Shown: positions 24,814 to 29,799 of the stretch, piece by piece
Layout: each line of letters starts with the position of its first letter
How positions within the stretch are numbered: position 1 is the first letter of the stretch
Source: Parcubacteria group bacterium CG11_big_fil_rev_8_21_14_0_20_39_22
Lineage (GTDB): Bacteria > Patescibacteriota > Minisyncoccia > Phycocordibacterales > GCA-002787175
Assembly (NCBI GenBank): GCA_002787175.1
Contig: PCWC01000066.1
Location: forward strand, 1-29,799
Reading direction: 5' to 3'
Length of the DNA stretch: 29,799 nt
Made by a program: the position numbers and the translations under genes
Notes under the pieces: generated by a model
Databases searched by the model: none
Told to the model about the DNA's origin: nothing
What the model saw: the letters and a program-made list of their open reading frames with translations, nothing else

Positions 24814-26031
24814 TTATAGAGCATTTACAAGCGACAAAGTCGGCGAAATCATGGCAATTGCGAAAAATCCGACTCCGACTCCAATAAATACCATTATAAA
24901 CGGCTCTATAATTGTCGAGAAATTTTTGGTCTTTTGATCAACAACATCCTCATAAAATACAGCGACTTCTAAAAACATATCCGACAATTTCCCCGTTTCC
25001 TCACCAACGCTCGCCATTTCTCCAACAAAAGGTGGGTAAAGTTCTTCATTTTCAGCAAAAACAGAAGAAAGAGTTGCTCCACGCTCGACATTTTCTTTGG
25101 CATCTTCAACAACTTCCCTATAAAAGGAATTTTGTACAACTTCCCCGACAATGGTAAGTGCGATTAACATATCTACACCGGCAGATAGAAGGGAAGACAA
25201 AGTCCGTGCCGTACGAGCAGTATTTACCTCTTTTACCAACTGCCCGATGATTGGTATCTTAAGGAAAAAGTAGTCAAAAAATCTTCTACCTGAACGAGTT
25301 CTCATAAAACTTACAGCCCCGATTACAATAAGAACGACAGCCCCGATAAACCATAAGAACTGATAACGTAATATATCGCTTATGCCGATTATAATTCTGG
25401 TGCTAAGTGGCAACTCTACGCCGAGCTCGGTAAATGTGCTGGTGAGATTCGGCACGATATAGACGAGCATTATTATGCCTATAATAATCATAAGGATGAC
25501 TATTATAATTGGGTATATAAGAGCGCCACGGACTTTTTTCTGAAGCGAGTAGATTTTATCCATCTGAGATGCCACCGTCGAAAGAGTCTCAGGAAGTGAG
25601 CCGCTCTCTTCTCCGGCTTTTACCATAGAGGAAAATAGTGGTGGGAAGACTTTTGGGTGCTTGTCGAGCGAATTATGAAGAGTTTCTCCCTTACTCACAT
25701 TTTCTAAGACATCGAGTATCACTTTTTTGAGTTTTTTGTTTCTGCTTTGCCTCTCAATCACCGAAAGTGAACGCGAGAGAGAAAGACCCGCATGCAACAT
25801 CGAACCCAAGTTGCGGGCAAAAATTATTTTGTCGTGGATTTTTATGCTTCCGAGCAACTCATCGATTTTTTCAAAATACTTTTTTAAGCTCTTGCTCTCA
25901 ATTTCATCGGCGGAAATTATAATCCCTCCTTCTTTTTTTACATCTCGATAAAGCGCGAACTTATCTGTCGCCTCTCTGTCTTCTTCATACACGCTTCCAT
26001 CCAATTTTTGAGCTTTAAAGTGAAATAACAT
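24814..26031 (-). CDS. pilC: Type IV pilus/T2SS inner-membrane platform protein (PilC/GspF)
   Basis: FARNLGSML.AGL, MVKAGEESGSL, ALIYP, VGEETGKL and IEP with the expected TM segments. Confidence 0.95.
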   Translation of the reverse strand: MLFHFKAQKLDGSVYEEDREATDKFALYRDVKKEGGIIISADEIESKSLKKYFEKIDELLGSIKIHDKIIFARNLGSMLHAGLSLSRSLSVIERQSRNKKLKKVILDVLENVSKGETLHNSLDKHPKVFPPLFSSMVKAGEESGSLPETLSTVASQMDKIYSLQKKVRGALIYPIIIVILMIIIGIIMLVYIVPNLTSTFTELGVELPLSTRIIIGISDILRYQFLWFIGAVVLIVIGAVSFMRTRSGRRFFDYFFLKIPIIGQLVKEVNTARTARTLSSLLSAGVDMLIALTIVGEVVQNSFYREVVEDAKENVERGATLSSVFAENEELYPPFVGEMASVGEETGKLSDMFLEVAVFYEDVVDQKTKNFSTIIEPFIMVFIGVGVGFFAIAMISPTLSLVNAL

Positions 26032-26080
26032 CTTGTACCGGTTTTTATTAGTCGAATCTTAACTATCTCGCGATTTATAC

Positions 26081-27841
26081 TTACTCAGATACGACCCTAA
26101 GCACTTCTTCGATTGTCGTAAGTCCTTGAGCGGCTTTAAAGATTCCGTCCTCTATCATTACAAGCATCCCGCTTTTGCGAGCGTAGTCTTCAATTTCACC
26201 TGAAGTCTTGCCTTGTATGATCATATCTTTGATTTCTTGAGTTACTGGTAAGACTTCATGTATTCCTATTCGCCCGCCGTATCCGTCTTTGCATTCTTCA
26301 GATTCGCGCGGCTTGTAAAAAGGCACATCTTCCCAATTTGCTTTTGCCGGCACTATGTTTTCTTCTTTTAACGCTTTAAGAACTCTGTCGAGGTCAACAG
26401 ATTTGGCAAGTGTTTCTATACCGGCTTTGTTTAGAAAATATTTTTCCTTCGAATCGCAAAGTTTGCGAACCAATCTCTGTGCGATGACCACATTTAGGGT
26501 CGATACTATAAGAAAGGGTTCGATTTTCATATCGAGAAGTCTCGGTATCGCACCTGAAGCACTGTTGGTGTGAAGAGTTGAAAGTACAAGATGTCCGGTG
26601 AGTGAGGCATTGACTGCGAGGGAAGCTGTTTCATTGTCTCTGATTTCGCCGACCATTATAATGTCGGGGTCTTGTCGCACTAGAGAACGGAGTCCCGAGC
26701 TAAAAGTAAAGCCGATTTCCGGTTTAACTTGGGTTTGATTTACCCTCGCCATTTGATATTCAATCGGGTCTTCAACCGTTGAAATATTTACATCAGGAGT
26801 GTTTAGAAGGTCAATCATCGTGTAAAGAGTAGTCGTTTTACCGGAACCGGTCGGACCAGTTGTCAGTATCATTCCAGTATGGGCACGCAGTGCTTTATGC
26901 AAATATTCGAGAGATGTACCGTGAAAACCAAGACCTTCGAGTGTGAAACCCGAAACACTGTCTTTCAAAAGACGCATAACTGTTTTCTCTCCGAAATGAG
27001 TCGGTAAAATTGAAACTCGAAAAGAAACTTTTTCGCTTCCGGTTTCGACTTTAAAACGGCCGTCTTGAGGCAATCTCTTTTCATCAAGTTTAAGATTGGA
27101 AAGAACCTTGATTCTTGCGGTTATGCTGTCTGATACATTTTTAGGCAAAACCATAGTGTCGTGCAAGATTCCGTCTATTCTGTATCTGATAACGACCTGG
27201 GCTTCGTGTGGTTCAATATGTATATCGGATGCATTTTGTAAAATTGCGTGTTTAAGTAGAGTATCAACAATCTTTACGACGGGTAAATCCTCCGCCAATT
27301 TCTTAAGGGTCTCTTTTGAAGGAGTGTCCTTCCCTTCGACTCCGCCGTCTGGGATACTTTTAATTTCAACGGACTCTTTTTTTATTATGTCTCCAAACTC
27401 CGCTTTTAGACTTTTTTGATATTGTAAAAGAACCGACTTTATTGACGCAGAGTCAGTAAGTCGAGGTAGTATTTTGAGATGAACCTTCTTCTTTACAAAG
27501 TCGATTGCCGCAAGATCATCGGTATCGAGCATAGCAACCTCAAGCGAATCTCCTTCTTTTTTAAAAGAAATAATATTATGGTTTCTTGCTATCGGCTCCG
27601 GTATCAGGGAAAGTACTTCAAAGTCGATTTTTTGTGTCTTTAGATCGACAAAAGGTATACCGAGTATATATGCCTCGACCTTTCTAAGTTCGTCTTCATC
27701 CAGCTTTCCATTTTTAACCAAAGTTTCGCCAATACTTTTTCCTTCTTCATCGGCTTTTTCAACCATCGCGTCGAAGTCACGACGAGAAATCAAACCGGAG
27801 TCCCTTATAAAATCACGTAATTGTTTTTCTTCAATATACAT
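26081..27841 (-). CDS. pilB: Type IV pilus assembly ATPase (PilB/GspE)
   Basis: ASDIHIEP, LPQDGRF, Walker A GPTGSGKTTT, EDPIE, RQDPDIIMVGEIRD and TGHLVLSTLH. Confidence 0.96.
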   Translation of the reverse strand: MYIEEKQLRDFIRDSGLISRRDFDAMVEKADEEGKSIGETLVKNGKLDEDELRKVEAYILGIPFVDLKTQKIDFEVLSLIPEPIARNHNIISFKKEGDSLEVAMLDTDDLAAIDFVKKKVHLKILPRLTDSASIKSVLLQYQKSLKAEFGDIIKKESVEIKSIPDGGVEGKDTPSKETLKKLAEDLPVVKIVDTLLKHAILQNASDIHIEPHEAQVVIRYRIDGILHDTMVLPKNVSDSITARIKVLSNLKLDEKRLPQDGRFKVETGSEKVSFRVSILPTHFGEKTVMRLLKDSVSGFTLEGLGFHGTSLEYLHKALRAHTGMILTTGPTGSGKTTTLYTMIDLLNTPDVNISTVEDPIEYQMARVNQTQVKPEIGFTFSSGLRSLVRQDPDIIMVGEIRDNETASLAVNASLTGHLVLSTLHTNSASGAIPRLLDMKIEPFLIVSTLNVVIAQRLVRKLCDSKEKYFLNKAGIETLAKSVDLDRVLKALKEENIVPAKANWEDVPFYKPRESEECKDGYGGRIGIHEVLPVTQEIKDMIIQGKTSGEIEDYARKSGMLVMIEDGIFKAAQGLTTIEEVLRVVSE

Positions 27842-27885
27842 AAATTAAGTAAAATGGTAGCTTACCTACTTTCGATTGTCCTGAA

Positions 27886-28013
27886 TATAGGACATACGGA
27901 TTCAGGTGAAGTTCGAGGCGCAAGGGAGGGAAAATGGGAGACGCATACATAATACGGGGAGTGTTTTCCCGACCGAAGCAACAAAGAAATTCGCCGAATG
28001 GGTATGTCCTATA
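27886..28013. repeat. 128-bp element with terminal inverted repeats
   Basis: TATAGGACATAC (27886-27897) / GTATGTCCTATA (28002-28013) with imperfect inward extension; single copy in the window. Confidence 0.5.
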
Positions 28014-28277
28014 AGTATACCAAATCAATGGCGACTTAGTCGCAAGTTATGTGTATAAAATACAGTTTCGTAAAAATATATATCCCATGAAGACTCGGGT
28101 TGGTGTCAGACATCTTTCGCGTATGTATATTGATTTAAAGAAAGGCGCGTCCGAATCCGCCCCAAACTTTGTGTCTTCTATTTCTCCTAAAATTCTATAC
28201 TAAGCGTTGCGGTTAAACGTCGAATTCGGGTAGAGGCGGCTTTTTTTAGTTTGATTTATAGTTTATACTAGGGGAGT

Positions 28278-28808
28278 ATGGAGAAAGAAATTTTCAACGG
28301 CAAAGTAGTTAGACTGACGCTTGAGCCGAAAAAAATCAACAAAAAAAATATTGAATTTGAAAAAGTGTATATAGCTGGTTCAGTACATATTTTTGTCGTT
28401 ACTGCTGCTGGTAAAATTAGATTGGTCCGAGAGAAACGTTGGGATCGTGGCGATAAAATTAAAGACAAGGTTGTCGCCGGCATTTTAGAGAAAAAAGAAA
28501 AGCCCTTGCAGGCAGCAAAACGGGAATTGAAAGAAGAGTTAGGGTTAACTGCCAGTAAATGGAAACAGTTTTTAGTCGCTGAACAAAAAGGTGTGGTTAA
28601 TGACAAAAGGATTTATTATCTAGCCAGCGGTTTGCATCAAACAACAGCCCAACCAGAAGAGGGGGAAAAAATTGTTGGTTATATTGACTACAGCATCAAA
28701 GCTTTATTTGAAAAAATGCTTGCTGGGTATTTTGGTACATCGCCGACAGCGGTTGCAATTACACGGCTTTATTATAGGGTAAAAAAAGGCGAGATTCGCC
28801 TGAAGTAA
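28278..28808 (+). CDS. Nudix hydrolase (NudF-like)
   Basis: Canonical Nudix box G-ILEKK-E-KPLQAAK-RELKEELGL. Confidence 0.92.
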   Translation: MEKEIFNGKVVRLTLEPKKINKKNIEFEKVYIAGSVHIFVVTAAGKIRLVREKRWDRGDKIKDKVVAGILEKKEKPLQAAKRELKEELGLTASKWKQFLVAEQKGVVNDKRIYYLASGLHQTTAQPEEGEKIVGYIDYSIKALFEKMLAGYFGTSPTAVAITRLYYRVKKGEIRLK

Positions 28809-28838
28809 TTGTAAACATTACATCCAGGAGGATTACAA

Positions 28839-29387
28839 ATGAATAAGCGAACGGTTTATGAAGGTCACTTTCGTGTTGAAATCATTGAAACTCAGTTTGG
28901 CGAACAGGAAGTAATCAGATCGACTGGTTCGGCCTGCGTCCTGCTTTATAATCGAAGCAAGCGGTATATTGTTTTGATTCGCCAGCCAAGAGTTTCTTTG
29001 ATGACGTCCGAAAACTCTGAGGGGTTAATCACCGAAACGGTGGCCGGCAGCTTTGATTGTGGTTTAGGCGTGAAAAGCTTGCTGGTTAAAGAATCTCAGC
29101 AAGAAGCTGGGATTACTATTACTGAAGATGCTATTGAGCTATTGAATCACGGTAAGCCACTATCGGTGTCTGCTGGCATGACGGATGATGTTTGTTATCT
29201 CGCATTTGCCGAGATAGACGATGATCAAGTTGACCCTGAAGACGGAGTGTTCGGATCGGTAACAGAAGGGGAACGCATTCAGAGATTGATGATCTCCATC
29301 GATGAGTTACCCGATTATGTCTGTGAAGACCTGAGAGCATATTGCCTGATTCGACATTTATTGAGGAAGATTGCGGTGGACGGATAA
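28839..29387 (+). CDS. NudK/NudF-like Nudix protein with a degenerate Nudix box
   Basis: VLIRQPR, ETVAGSFD...KESQQEAGI, SAG.TD and EGERI; the usual RE..EE reads KE..QE. Confidence 0.7.
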   Translation: MNKRTVYEGHFRVEIIETQFGEQEVIRSTGSACVLLYNRSKRYIVLIRQPRVSLMTSENSEGLITETVAGSFDCGLGVKSLLVKESQQEAGITITEDAIELLNHGKPLSVSAGMTDDVCYLAFAEIDDDQVDPEDGVFGSVTEGERIQRLMISIDELPDYVCEDLRAYCLIRHLLRKIAVDG

Positions 29388-29595
29388 TAAATTCCGTCCA
29401 CTTTTTTATAGAGTTAATAATAAATCGTGATTTACTTTGTAAGACATAATGCGACTGTAGATAACGAAAAGGATGAATTTTGGAATTTAATATCAATCGT
29501 AGTAAAAGCGAATCATATTGTCCGCATTTCAGTTTTCTTTCTTACTTTAAAGTAAGAAAGAAAACTGGGAGTAAGGTGCGGATGCAAACAAATGC

Positions 29596-29633
29596 AAAAA
29601 AGCTCGTACCTAAGTTAAGTAAGTACGAGCTTT
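29596..29633 (-). terminator. Putative terminator downstream of the partial minus-strand gene
   Basis: AAAGCTCGTAC / GTACGAGCTTT 11-bp stem, followed by a T tract on the minus strand. Confidence 0.6.
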
Positions 29634-29669
29634 CGCGAAATGATCTTCCGGGGCTTTCCCGGAAAATTT

Positions 29670-29799
29670 TTACCTGATCCGATAGAACCGCATCGCCTTG
29701 GGCGGTGCTTCATCGGTGAATTCTGCCTCCCCGTTTACAACAGGGACGAGGTTTGAGATGTCTGACCAATTTTTCAGGTCGGACGACGCTTCGATAATG
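29670..29799 (-). CDS. 3' end of a gene truncated by the window edge; C-terminal ...ASSDL.NW...FTD...RFYRI motif
   Basis: Hand translation IIEASSDLKNWSDISNLVPVVNGEAEFTDEAPPKAMRFYRIR* (TAA at 29672-29670); not in the ORF track. Confidence 0.7.
   Translation of the reverse strand, partial: IIEASSDLKNWSDISNLVPVVNGEAEFTDEAPPKAMRFYRIR

Noticed and set aside
28140-28250. Structured ncRNA or riboswitch upstream of the Nudix genes
   Set aside because: A possible 9-bp long-range stem (CCGAAT/ATTCGG core) and a T-tract are present, but there is no convincing terminator stem or known motif.
29480-29677. 65-aa plus-strand ORF
   Set aside because: TTG start, no motif, and it runs through two terminator-like hairpins belonging to the convergent minus-strand gene.

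Overview
The window looks like part of a Patescibacteria (CPR, Parcubacteria-like) chromosome using genetic code 11 (TGA stops are used). The taxonomy is an inference from the short ComEC, the pilB/pilC/minor-pilin cluster next to tpiA-pgk, the RNase H architecture and a compact DGR. From left to right: (1) a type II-C CRISPR-Cas locus (cas9-cas1-cas2 on the minus strand, a tracrRNA upstream of cas9, no array inside the window); (2) a UPF0158/TPR protein, pyrE and a 23-codon pyrF remnant; (3) comEC; (4) a SAM methyltransferase divergent from a citryl-CoA-lyase-like + NeuA-like two-gene unit; (5) rnhA, recJ, a capA-family gene and a HIT gene; (6) a complete diversity-generating retroelement (RT, an inverted avd, a 123-bp TR and a target gene whose VR differs from TR at 17 positions, all TR adenines); (7) pgk, tpiA, four pilin-like genes, pilC and pilB; (8) two Nudix genes and the 3' end of a gene with a Verrucomicrobia-like C-terminal motif. 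The most notable signals not explained by the ORF track are a (CT)9 tract in the first codons of avd (candidate phase-variation switch for the DGR), four TWA-flanked MITE-like elements in which three copies each carry their own matched pair of terminal inverted repeats, a terminator hairpin running into the cas1 start codon, and a repeated -10 box/6-7 nt/ATG geometry suggesting leaderless mRNAs.
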